From the NCBI RefSeq assembly GCF_964355755.1, contig NC_092678.1, forward strand, positions 4,108,422 through 4,172,421: a stretch of DNA of 64,000 nt, in the 5' to 3' direction. Each line of letters opens with the position of its first letter. Within the stretch, counting starts at the first letter, position 1. The notes under the pieces were generated by a model. That model saw nothing but the letters and a program-made list of their open reading frames with translations, searched no databases and was not told the origin of the DNA. The DNA comes from Antedon mediterranea. Lineage: Eukaryota; Animalia; Echinodermata. Both the position numbers and the translations under genes were made by a program. This document shows, in pieces, positions 45,787 through 56,680 of this stretch.

Positions 45787-46799
45787 CTTCAGCCTGAGAA
45801 AATATGAAATAAATATAGATTGGGGGACAAATCTTTTGAGGCTTAAAGTGCAATGTTTTGCTTTTTTTAATATAATTTTCAAGTTTTGTATTCAATATAA
45901 CACAATGACACACTTTCATATGCTATTACATCCCGTAATATGTGGTTATGAAATTATTGATATGACCAGTGAGCAAGTTCAGCGAATTTCTTAATTAACA
46001 GAAAGTACATCTCAACCACTTACAGTACATGAGGGAAGTTTAATCTTTCCATTCTTTGTTTACATTTCAAGATGTATTTTGTAATCACTTTTATTACATT
46101 ATATTATAATAAATGTAAAAAATAACTTTTGAAGGGGATAAAGTATGACTTCTTATTTACCTATTTTTGACCCATATTCCAGAGATATTAAAATCTGGGT
46201 CACCTGGACGAAGTATATGAATTTGAAACAGTATATTTATATGACTTCTATTAAAATTTATTCCAATGTGTAATTAGTAATGTTAAAGTCCCATCCCATA
46301 ATTTTAAGGTAACTTATTTATGGTCCCTTGATGGAGTTGCATAACCATCATAATTGTTTAATGCTGAAATTTAACGAGAATTAATTAATGTAGTGAATTA
46401 TTCTGTATTTTTTGTATCAATCCAAAAAGTTTTATTAAAATACATTGTAATTTAGATTTAATTATTCATTGCACTTTGTATTTGAAGGTCCCAAGGCTCT
46501 TGAAAATGTGTAATGAACGATCCAAGATATCATACACTCTGAAGGTAAGATAATATCTATCATGGTATCTTTATTTCGAACATATAAAAATACATTTGCA
46601 GCCAAAGGCTGAATTGCTGCATCTGCATCATATGAAAATGACATCAAACATTAAAATTTATGTATAAAAAGACCATCGAATTCTTTAAAATTGCAACATG
46701 TAAAATGTTATATAAAAAAAAACTGTACAAAATATCAGATCCAATAGCGGGCTTTTGAAAATGTAATGATTGTTTTAAGATATCACTAGTGCACTAATT

Positions 46800-47325
46800 G
46801 ACATGTCATTTGGTGTGACGAGGGATGCCCTTTGGGTTAGAGAGACATGCCCTGTAGGTTGAAGAGACACCCCTATGGGTTGGAGAGAGGCGCTCTTTAG
46901 TTTAAAGTGATGCATCATTTGGTATGAATAGACACATCATTTGGTTTGACAAGGGACGCCCTTTGGCTTAGAGAGACATGCCCTGTAAATTGAAGAGACA
47001 CCCTCAATGGGTTGGAGAGACGTGCTCTTTTAGTTTAAAGTGACACATCATTTGGTATGACTAGACATGTCATTTGGATTGATGAGAGACGTCCTTTGGG
47101 ATTAGGAGAGACATGCCCTGTAGGTTGAAGAGACACCCCCTATGATTTAGAGAGACTCGCTCCTTAGTTTAAAGTGACGCATTATTTGGTTTGATTATAG
47201 ACACATCATTTGGATTGATGAGAGACAGCCTTTGGTTTAGAGAGACATGCCCTGTAGGTTGAAGAGACACCCCCTATGGGTTGTTGTGATGTGCCATTTA
47301 GTTTAAGGTGACGCATCATTAGGTA
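46800..47325. repeat. Degenerate higher-order minisatellite (~130-bp units built from ~21-bp subunits)
   Basis: agagagacatgccctgtaggttgaagagacaccc recurs 4 times (~46840, 46970, 47106, 47240). Confidence 0.75.
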
Positions 47326-49101
47326 TGGGATTTTATGAAAAATGTTGCAGACCTAGTCTAAAACATCCTTTATCTAACCACAGAAAATCATAAACATAAT
47401 ATGACAGTTGGCATAATCATTTTGTATTGTATTGCTATGGAGGAAAATAAATGTCTTTTGAAATGAAACCGAGGATTTCTTTTTGTTATTTCCAGGTACA
47501 AGAACTCCGAGGAAATATTCAGGTTTTTTGTCCTCTGAGATTTGATCAACGAACTGAAAATTGTCATAAGTTTCCATCAGATCAAGATATTGTGTGCAAT
47601 AACGCAGCTGGCAAGAAAATGAGCTTCCAAATTTGATAAAATATTTACTCCAGAGTCAAAACAAACTTATATAAATAACATTTTGAATTTCTCTCTATGT
47701 TTTACATACCGTTTTAACAAAGCTCCTAAGATTTGGCATTAGTTAGTTAATAGCAAGAAGTATTATATTGTTTGTTTGTAAACACTAGTACAGTTAGGTT
47801 TGTGGTACAATATGTGTTTTAGACAGTTTTAGCCACTCATAGCCAACTATATAAGTCAACCTAAAATATTCTTTCTTAGGTATTTTCGGAGGTTCTATCA
47901 ATCATAACATCATAACAACATTTGCATCATGGCATACGGTCAAACCAAACAGGAGCTGGAAAAACATACACAATGATGGGAACACCAGAAGATCCTGGCG
48001 TGAATATCATATCCATCAGAGAGCTCTTGAAAATGTGTAATGAACGTTCCAAGATATCATACACTCTGAAGGTAAGATAATATCTATCATGGTATCTTTA
48101 TTTCGAACATATAAAAATACATTTGCAGCCAAAGGCTGAATTGCTGCATCTGCATCATATGAAAATGACATCAAACATTAAAATTTGGGTTGGGTGAGTT
48201 GTGATGTGCCATTTAGTTTAAGGTGACGCATCATTAGGTATGGGATTTTATGAAAAATGTTGCAGACCTAGTCTAAAACATCCTTTATCTAACCACAGAA
48301 AATCATAAACATAATATGACAGTTGGCATAATCATTTTGTATTGTATTGCTATGGAGGAAAATAAATGTCTTTTGAAATGAAACCGAGGATTTCTTTTTG
48401 TTATTTCCAGGTACAAGAACTCCGAGGAAATATTCAGGTTTTTTGTCCTCTGAGATTTGATCAACGAACTGAAAATTGTCATAAGTTTCCATCAGATCAA
48501 GATATTGTGTGCAATAACGCAGCTGGCAAGAAAATGAGCTTCCAAATTTGATAAAATATTTACTCCAGAGTCAAAACAAACTTATATAAATAACATTTTG
48601 AATTTCTCTCTATGTTTTACATACCGTTTTAACAAAGCTCCTAAGATTTGGCATTAGTTAGTTAATAGCAAGAAGTATTATATTGTTTGTTTGTAAACAC
48701 TAGTACAGTTAGGTTTGTGGTACAATATGTGTTTTAGACAGTTTTAGCCACTCATAGCCAACTATATAAGTCAACCTAAAATATTCTTTCTTAGGTATTT
48801 TCGGAGGTTCTATCAATCATAACATCATAACAACATTTGCATCATGGCATACGGTCAAACCAAACAGGAGCTGGAAAAACATACACAATGATGGGAACAC
48901 CAGAAGATCCTGGCGTGAATATCATATCCATCAGAGAGCTCTTGAAAATGTGTAATGAACGTTCCAAGATATCATACACTCTGAAGGTAAGATAATATCT
49001 ATCATGGTATCTTTATTTCGAACATATAAAAATACATTTGCAGCCAAAGGCTGAATTGCTGCATCTGCATCATATGAAAATGACATCAAACATTAAAATT
49101 T
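47283..49101. repeat. Near-identical ~915-bp tandem segmental duplication; partial third copy at 46495..46790
   Basis: Identical ORF pairs offset by 915 (47374/48289 and 47451/48366); 46495-46790 matches 48937-49232. Confidence 0.92.
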
Positions 49102-49279
49102 ATGTATAAAAAGACCATCGAATTCTATAAAATTGCAACATAGAAAATCTTATATAAAAAAAAACTGTACAAAATATCAGATCCATTAGCGGGCTCTTGA
49201 AAATGTAATGATTGTTTTAAGATATCACTAGTGGTACAATTAGTATTTTGAACAATTGGACCAACACAACAATAATAAT

Positions 49280-49885
49280 AAACTAGAAAGCCACGAGAGT
49301 GCATACCTCCGCCTACTGTAAAATTTATCTACATATTTAGTCTCCGGAAAAATTGTGTGTGTCTTAATGCTGTGTGTGATTTAGGATAATTTCACTACAA
49401 GCATGTGTATGCGAGTTTGGTGTAATGGTTATGTAACCAGCCTTTCAACTAACAATAGCTTCAGCTGACTAACAATAGAAAAAAACGTGAAGAACAAACA
49501 ATTGAATTTGAAAAGAAATAGGTTTTTAAACTACTCGCATCAAAAAACGTGTACATTAAATCTAATTATGTTTTAAAATTACAAACCACAACTTATAATT
49601 CAAAAATGAAGTTTTTGAGAAAATACAATTTTAATTTACTTGTTACTTAAGACTGCTCACTGGTTTTTGAAATTCTCTCCTATCTTTTAACACTAGTAGG
49701 TCTGAAAATAATTCTAAAAAGTGGTCCAGAATTAGGACCGTGGTCCGGATTGCCTCCAAAATTTAATGGAGTGGTCCTTGACCACATATCTATCTGTATT
49801 TTCTATCTGATCTTGTAATTACTTTTTGAGTAATCCTGCTAACAAACACACGCGATCGATTACACCTCCTTAGCGGAGGTAAAAA
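49280..49885 (-). mobile_element. Helentron-associated (HINE-like) non-autonomous element
   Basis: aactagaaagcc..gcatacctccgcc at the left end and hairpin acctccttagcggaggt at the right end, forming subterminal inverted ACCTCCGC motifs. Confidence 0.55.
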
Positions 49886-49932
49886 AGGGGAAATTTACCT
49901 GTAATAAGTCTGCTTGTGGTTTTTTTAAAGCG

Positions 49933-50496
49933 TTGTCGACGATTGGTAAAACACAAGAAAATATTCTCAAAGACATAAAACGTATAGATGAAACTATCAC
50001 ACGAAATTCAAGTGATATTGCTGATCTCAAGGCTAAGGATTCAACTGATAAGATTGATGTGTTAACAGCAATAAATGAGAGATTTGAAGATGAAGCTGAG
50101 AAGGAAAGAAGAAGGTGTAACCTAATGTTATATAATATTGAGGAAAATACAAGTAGTGATCCCATGATCCGCAAACAACATGACTTATCTGTTATCCGTT
50201 CTTTTTGTAACGGTTCAGTTGATATCGACGCCGAAATGAAAGTTATCTATCGTGTTGGAAAAGCTGAGAAGGATATTAAGATGCCTTTGAAATTAGTTTT
50301 CAGAAAGGAGTCTATTAAACGTCAAGTTTTTTCTTTAGCAATTCAAAAGGGTTTTGCTGTTAGTAATGATAGAACCATGAAAGAAAGAGAAGCATTCACT
50401 AAGTTAAAAGGTGAATTAAAAACGCGATTAGATGCAGGTGAGAAAGACATAGTTATCCGAAGTGGGAAGATTGTGAAGCTTTTTCGTTCCCAATAA
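49933..50496 (+). CDS. LINE ORF1 C-terminal part (5'-truncated)
   Basis: Coiled-coil segment followed by EKERRRCNLMLYNIEE..RVGK..PLKLVF..SNDRT..ER..LR-type CR1/L2 ORF1 pattern. Confidence 0.75.
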   Translation: MSTIGKTQENILKDIKRIDETITRNSSDIADLKAKDSTDKIDVLTAINERFEDEAEKERRRCNLMLYNIEENTSSDPMIRKQHDLSVIRSFCNGSVDIDAEMKVIYRVGKAEKDIKMPLKLVFRKESIKRQVFSLAIQKGFAVSNDRTMKEREAFTKLKGELKTRLDAGEKDIVIRSGKIVKLFRSQ

Positions 50497-53416
50497 AGAA
50501 AATAAAAACAAAAAGTTCTCTAATTTAAAAGAAAGTACATTTTCCAATCAGAAATTTAACTTTTGGTACTCAAATTGTGATGGTTTTCTAAATAAGAAGT
50601 CAGAGTTACTTTCCCGTTTGGTTTCAGAAAAAGTTGATTTTATTGCATTGACAGAGATTTTACCAAAGCATTGTTTGTACCCGCCACTGATAAATGAATT
50701 TCGTGTCCAAGGTTACCACGCATTTTTTTCGAATGAGGATTTTACTTCTGGTCGTGGTGTTTTAATTTATGTCAGAAATGGAATTTCAGTTTCTCAAATT
50801 TTCTTTAAGAAGAATAAGTTTGTAGAGTCAGTTTGGGTTAGAGTAAAAGAAGTAAAAACGGATCTTTTATTAGGTTGTGTTTACCGTAGCCCGACTTGTA
50901 GTATGGATAATAATATCAAGCTGAACTCATTGTTCCGTGAAGTATATAAATCATCTTTTTCTGATTTAATCGTTGTCGGCGATTTTAACTATAAAAGTAT
51001 TAAATGGGAATTAAATTGTGTGTCTTCGGAAGATGGAGATTCCAGCAGAAGCTTTTTTGACACCATCAACGATCTATTTTTAATTCAACACGTTATGGAA
51101 CCTACTAGATACAGAGAAGGCGAAACACCCAATGTTTTGGATCTGGTTTTTACAGACAAAGAGAATACTATAAATGGCATTATGCAGTCTCCACCACTGG
51201 GTAAAAGCGACCATATGATGTTACAATTTTCATTGGATCTTGTAAGAGATGACAGAATTGAACCAAATATTCGAAGTTACAGGCATGGTAACTATGATTT
51301 GCTGCGCGAGAAAATTGGTTTGGTAGATTGGGATGTGGTTTTCAATGACAAATCAGGTATTCAATCGTGGGACGAATTCGAGCATATTCTTGCGAAGAAT
51401 ATTGATGAGTGTATCCCGATGAGGAAGGTTTGCCACGGAAGAAAACCTTTTTGGATGAACAAAAAAATTGAAAAGCAGATTGCCAAAAAGAATAAATGTT
51501 GGAAACAGTATTTAAAGGCCAAAAGAAAACAAAAAGTATGCGTGTCAGCAAAATGGTCGAAGTTTGTCCAAGTAAGAAATCAAACAGTAGATCTGATTCG
51601 ATGTAGTAAATCTGACTTCGAAAATAAAATAGCAATTGAGATCAAATCTAATGAAAAGTCTTTTTGGAGGTATTTTAGTTCTCAGATCAATATAAAGTCT
51701 GGTATACCCAACTTAACTGATAGTAATGGAAGGCATGTGTCTGATGACAAGGATAAGGCTGAGTTGCTAAACACGTTTTTTAGTAGTGTATTTGTCGATG
51801 AAATTTTTTCGAATGTACCGGCTGTTGATGACATTTCAGAGGATTTTTTATCTCAAGTTGACTTTCCTTGTGACGAAATCTTAAATATTTTATCAACGTT
51901 GAATATTACTAAAACAGCTGGACCTGATGGTATTCACCCACGCATCTTAGTCGAACTAAAGGATATCATTTGCTACCCCCTCCATATTATTTTTACGAAA
52001 TTGTTTCAAGAAGGAGCCGTCCCTAATAGTTGGAAACGGGCTACAGTGGTACCGATTTTTAAAAAAGGAGTGAAGTCTGACCCAAGCAACTATAGACCTG
52101 TGAGTTTAACTTCGGTAGTTGGTAAAATTATGGAGAGAATTATCAGGAAGGAATTATTGGACTTTCTTGAACATCACTCACTTATTTGTTATGAGCAATT
52201 TGGTTTCCGGCAAGGTCGTTCCTGTGCTTTACAATTACTTGATGTTCTTGAAAACTGGTTTTCGTATTTTGATAATCAGGATTGTTTTGATTGTATCTAC
52301 CTTGACTACAAGAAGGCTTTCGATAGTGTGCCTCATCATAGACTCCTTCTGAAAATGAGTGCATTGGGTATTAGAGGTAAACTTCTAAACTGGTTTCAAG
52401 AATTTCTTAACGATAGACAACAATGGGTTAGTGTCAATGGATGTGTTTCAGATTGGGCTGATGTTCGTAGTGGTATCCCGCAAGGAAGCGTCGTTGGACC
52501 TGTTCTTTTCATTATGTTTATAAATGATTTACCTTCTGTTATTTCTTCCTCTGTATGCATGTTTGCAGATGATACTAAATTGTATAGAGTAGTTAACACT
52601 GTGAATGATGCTCAAGTTCTACAAGAAGATTTAGAGAAAGCATGTGACTGGTCTGACAAATGGCAATTACCTTTTAACGAGGGTAAGTGCAAAGTAATGC
52701 ACTTTGGGAAGAAAAACAACAAACATCTGTATGCCATGCGTGGTTTCTTATTGAATGAAGTTGATCATGAAAAAGACCTCGGTGTTACTATTGACTCTAA
52801 ACTTGTTTTTAATGTACATGTGGCAGATGTAGCAATTAGAGCAAATCGGAAGTTGGGCATGGTATATCGAGCTTTCAAGTTTTTAAATATGGATGGGTTT
52901 CTTCGTTTATATAAAGCTATTATTCGTCCGACCTTGGAATACTGCAACGTTGTTTTTAACTCGCTACGTTGTAAGGAGGAAGACCTATTGGAAAAAGTCC
53001 AAGAACGTGCCACCAAGCTTATTTTTTCCATTCGTCATTTACCTTATTCAGAAAGGCTGAAAATTCTCAACCTACCTACTCTCGCATACAGAAGGCAAAG
53101 AGCTCATTTGATACAGATTTTTAAAATTTTACATGGAGTGGATAGTATTTCTGCTGATTCTTTTTTTGAGCGTGATGAAGATGTTAGAACACGTGGTCAT
53201 TCTTTTAAATTAAAATTTAAGTTCTCACGCACAAATTGGATGAGGGACTCATTTGGTCGAAAAGCTATTATATTATGGAATTCGTTATCGGAGGATGTAG
53301 TAGCTTCAAGATCAACCAATCAATTTAAGTCCGGTCTTGAACGGGCATGGTCCAACCACCCTCTTAAATTTGCGCCATATTCAAGAGTTGATGTAATTAT
53401 CAAGAGGGGCTTATAA
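50477..53416 (+). CDS. LINE ORF2: AP endonuclease plus reverse transcriptase
   Basis: The frame is open from 50477, upstream of the annotated 50618. APE motifs: YSNCDG, ALTE, YRSP, GDFN, LDL, SDH. RT motifs: NYRPVSLTS, QFGFR, DYKKAFDSV, GIPQGS, FADD. C-terminal TRGH..WNSL. Confidence 0.93.
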   Translation, partial: SFFVPNKENKNKKFSNLKESTFSNQKFNFWYSNCDGFLNKKSELLSRLVSEKVDFIALTEILPKHCLYPPLINEFRVQGYHAFFSNEDFTSGRGVLIYVRNGISVSQIFFKKNKFVESVWVRVKEVKTDLLLGCVYRSPTCSMDNNIKLNSLFREVYKSSFSDLIVVGDFNYKSIKWELNCVSSEDGDSSRSFFDTINDLFLIQHVMEPTRYREGETPNVLDLVFTDKENTINGIMQSPPLGKSDHMMLQFSLDLVRDDRIEPNIRSYRHGNYDLLREKIGLVDWDVVFNDKSGIQSWDEFEHILAKNIDECIPMRKVCHGRKPFWMNKKIEKQIAKKNKCWKQYLKAKRKQKVCVSAKWSKFVQVRNQTVDLIRCSKSDFENKIAIEIKSNEKSFWRYFSSQINIKSGIPNLTDSNGRHVSDDKDKAELLNTFFSSVFVDEIFSNVPAVDDISEDFLSQVDFPCDEILNILSTLNITKTAGPDGIHPRILVELKDIICYPLHIIFTKLFQEGAVPNSWKRATVVPIFKKGVKSDPSNYRPVSLTSVVGKIMERIIRKELLDFLEHHSLICYEQFGFRQGRSCALQLLDVLENWFSYFDNQDCFDCIYLDYKKAFDSVPHHRLLLKMSALGIRGKLLNWFQEFLNDRQQWVSVNGCVSDWADVRSGIPQGSVVGPVLFIMFINDLPSVISSSVCMFADDTKLYRVVNTVNDAQVLQEDLEKACDWSDKWQLPFNEGKCKVMHFGKKNNKHLYAMRGFLLNEVDHEKDLGVTIDSKLVFNVHVADVAIRANRKLGMVYRAFKFLNMDGFLRLYKAIIRPTLEYCNVVFNSLRCKEEDLLEKVQERATKLIFSIRHLPYSERLKILNLPTLAYRRQRAHLIQIFKILHGVDSISADSFFERDEDVRTRGHSFKLKFKFSRTNWMRDSFGRKAIILWNSLSEDVVASRSTNQFKSGLERAWSNHPLKFAPYSRVDVIIKRGL

Positions 53417-55620
53417 GCATAGCCTAGCCTCGACTCCGGACCCAGCATTGCTGAGCTCCGGAAACAAGTAAACAAGTAAGTAAACAAGAGCATTTGCTAA
53501 CACTTTAAGTGTATATGACGGCAGAAAATAGTTTAAATCAGATCCATCTGAATGCTCTTGATAGTGTGTAATGAAAGATGTCATACACTCTAAAGGCGAG
53601 ATAAGATTGGTAGTGACATAAAACAATTTAATTGGTTGTCTAAACATTGAAAAGATTAACTTAGTTGATAAAATACATTTAAATAATATAAACAAACTTC
53701 AAACTGGCAAGTAAATAAAACTATGTACATAATAATAGCTTCTCTGCTTAATATGTTAATAGTATTATATCATAGATATTTTTAAATTGAACTTCAAAAG
53801 CAATTAGTAAATGTTACTGTGTCATTATTTTACATGTTCTGTTCATTTATTTGTATTTATTTTTTTATCGGTAAATAAAAATGTGCTTTGATTGGGTCAA
53901 TCATTCAACTCAAGTTCATGTGAATATCGGCATCTAGACGCCATATTTTTCAAACGTATTTGTAGACTGTTTACATGGCTTGTTAAAACATAATAGGAAA
54001 ATCATTTGGACGATGATTTGTTCTTTGGGAGATGTCATGCCTAATTTATATTGAACTAAATGGTACACTCGCTTCGCTCGCGTAGCATCTAGATCGTGCC
54101 CACAGATTGTTCTTGAATACACAGTAATTTCAGTCTAAAAAAAAGGGCGATTTCAAATGTACGTACCGTAGGACTAGAATACATTGTTGTTAAAACAGAA
54201 GCGAATAAATAAACAATGATTTATGTACTCAACTGAAATTAGCACCCTGAATTACTTCCGAAAGAGGAACTTGTCACAAAATGAGTCCAAATTTGTTATT
54301 TGAACTCATTTAAACAAACCCAATTTGTGTTTTGTATGTAGTATTCGGGGTGAGGGATGGGGAAGAGGATGATGGGTAAAAATAGGAATAATTTTTGTCT
54401 AGTCAATTAAAATAGTGAATGTGACAAAACAATACAAGAACGTTTATATTTGTTGTATATTATGTGTTTATAATCTATTAGTAGGGCCTACCCACACTCT
54501 CAGTAATAAAGTTTATTTGTATGTGTTTATATATCTAAAAGTACCCACACTCACAGTAAGAAATTTGCGAATTAAATGGCGACCAAACGTGGTTAATACG
54601 TATTTACAGTATAACCCATAAACAAAGAAAACAATTCTAATATATTTTTTTTTTCAATAGGTTTCTATGGTTGAAGTTTACAACGAGCATATACAGGATT
54701 TACTGTCAGAGAACAGCAAAGGAATGCTAGACATCAGGATGCAGGGAAGAGGCTAACGATAAAAGGACTGAAAGAGTTTAAAGTGGGCAATGAAGGGAAT
54801 ATTACCAAGGTCATGGCAATAGGAGATAGGAATTGATCAGTGGCATCTACTAAAATAAATTCAACAAGGTAATACATATTCATAGTGTAAAACAATGTGT
54901 TTGCTTTCTATGATGGAGGTTCACATTTTTCCTATTTTTAGTCCAAATTTGAATCTCTTTTATACAACCATCTGAAAATGTTTATACAAAAATCAAACCA
55001 AAATTTATTCAGCTGGAACGACATATTGAAACTACTGTTCACATCTGTCGCTGGCTTTCAAAGTGCTTAATATATAGACGTATTTGACTGGTCACCTGCA
55101 AACACCTCGGAGTGATCTGCTCTCACTGTTCGCGTATAATGATATACCATATTTATATAGAGCCCTTACAAGCTTGTAGCCATGATTTTTACAGGGGGTT
55201 CTTTTTTCTATTTACAAATTATTAAAAGTTTGCTTATTATATAAAAATATTTAATTCAACTAGCAGGAAAAAACAAATAGGCATTCAACCACAACCTGGA
55301 ATATCCAGAAACCCTTCCCATGATGTTTTTTTTTTTTTTTGTGCAGAAGTAAATAACTTTATTAAAACTGCCAAATGGCCTATTTAAAGTCTGACTTTAT
55401 TAATGACCAGATCTTAAAAGAATTCTACAAAATATAATATCTTGGCTCTACTAAACTGATCAGTAATTGATAAGAGTTCAAAGTGGGCAATGAAGGGGAT
55501 ATTACCGGGGTCATGGCAATGGGAGATTATATAAAATTATTTTAATTCAACTAGCAGGACAAAACAAATAAGCATTTAACCACAATCTCTTAAAAATACA
55601 ATTATTATAAAAATCATTAA

Positions 55621-56105
55621 AGATGTATTGTCCCTTGAAACACAAAAAATGAAGGTCAAAATATTTAAATTGGCCATATCAAAGTAGTATTAAAGTTATT
55701 CACTTAGTCGAAAATTCGAGCCAAAAACAAAAAGTTTATGTAATTAACAGGTAAATTAATTTGATTACATTTCGTCTGAAAAATCGTCGCGAGCTAAAGT
55801 AAACAGAGATTTCAAACCAGAAGTATGCATCATGCATGATGCTAATCGGGATTGTTTACAACTCGTCACTGTTGAGAATTTGTTTTCACACAGATCATAA
55901 GGAAGTTCTATGATTATGCATACAGAGTAGACAAACAAGCGCGTTGCATTACGAGATATGTTTTGAAAGTCAAAGTTATTTTTTTAACAAAAAAACGTCT
56001 GTATTTCAGTTAAATGATTTTTTTTTCGACAAATTTTTGGTGAAAGTTAATAACTATTATGATACTTCAAAATGACTCACTTTTTTTCCAAGGGACAATA
56101 CATCT
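55621..56105. mobile_element. TTAA-targeting MITE (Kolobok-like)
   Basis: ttaa|AGATGTATTGTCCC...GGGACAATACATCT|ttaa. Confidence 0.8.
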
Positions 56106-56680
56106 TTAAAATACTGTTTATATATTTAAAAAATACAACATTTAAAAGTACAAAATTAGATTATAATAAACACTTTATTTCATTCATTCATTTATTTAAA
56201 ATTCATAAACAAAAAAAACTACCTTTACAATAAAATTTAATGACAAAAAACAAGAAGATCGATGTTTCAGAACCATCATGAAACCATTTTCAAGATCAAG
56301 TGATCAAATTATACAAAAACAACAAACACCAATGGGTGACAGGAAATACTAATTGATTGGTTAATTAACATCAAAGAAGGCCTACAATACTAAGAAATTA
56401 AGTACAAGATAAAAAATTAATTTTTTCATTGGCTATGGAATATCCAGAAACCCTTCCCATGATGTGTTTTTTTTTTTTTGTACAGAAGTAAATAACTTTA
56501 TTAAAACTGCCAAATTGCCTATTAAAGTCTGACTTTATTAATGTTCATTTTTCATGTTTTTTTTTCTAAAACTGAACATGGTCCAATTTATAGGTAGTTA
56601 CTGAAGTATTTATAGGTAGTTACTGAAGTAGTTAAAATATGACAAATGCAATACAATCAATAATTTGATATATTATGTCC

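Larger units (their letters stand above)
49886..53488 (+). mobile_element. CR1-type non-LTR retrotransposon, 5'-truncated within ORF1, ORF2 intact
   Basis: ORF1 remnant plus APE/RT ORF2; 3' UTR stem-loop tccgga..cagcattgctg..tccgga; (ACAAGTA)-like tail at 53463-53488. Confidence 0.9.
47496..54868 (+). pseudogene. Kinesin-14 (KIFC-type) motor-domain pseudogene fragments, partly duplicated and split by a LINE
   Basis: Exon at 47496 (copy at 48411) reads VQELRGNIQVFC, the kinesin-14 neck, with a frameshift before FDKIF. Exon 47880-48071 (copy 48795-48986) has the P-loop AYGQT/QTGAGKTYTM with indels and a stop. Exon 54661-54868 reads VSMVEVYNEHIQDLL...SVASTKINS with a frameshift and a stop. Confidence 0.85.

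Noticed and set aside
54661-54868. Selenocysteine or readthrough at the TGA in the kinesin exon
   Set aside because: The same exon set contains frameshifts, so simple pseudogene decay explains it.
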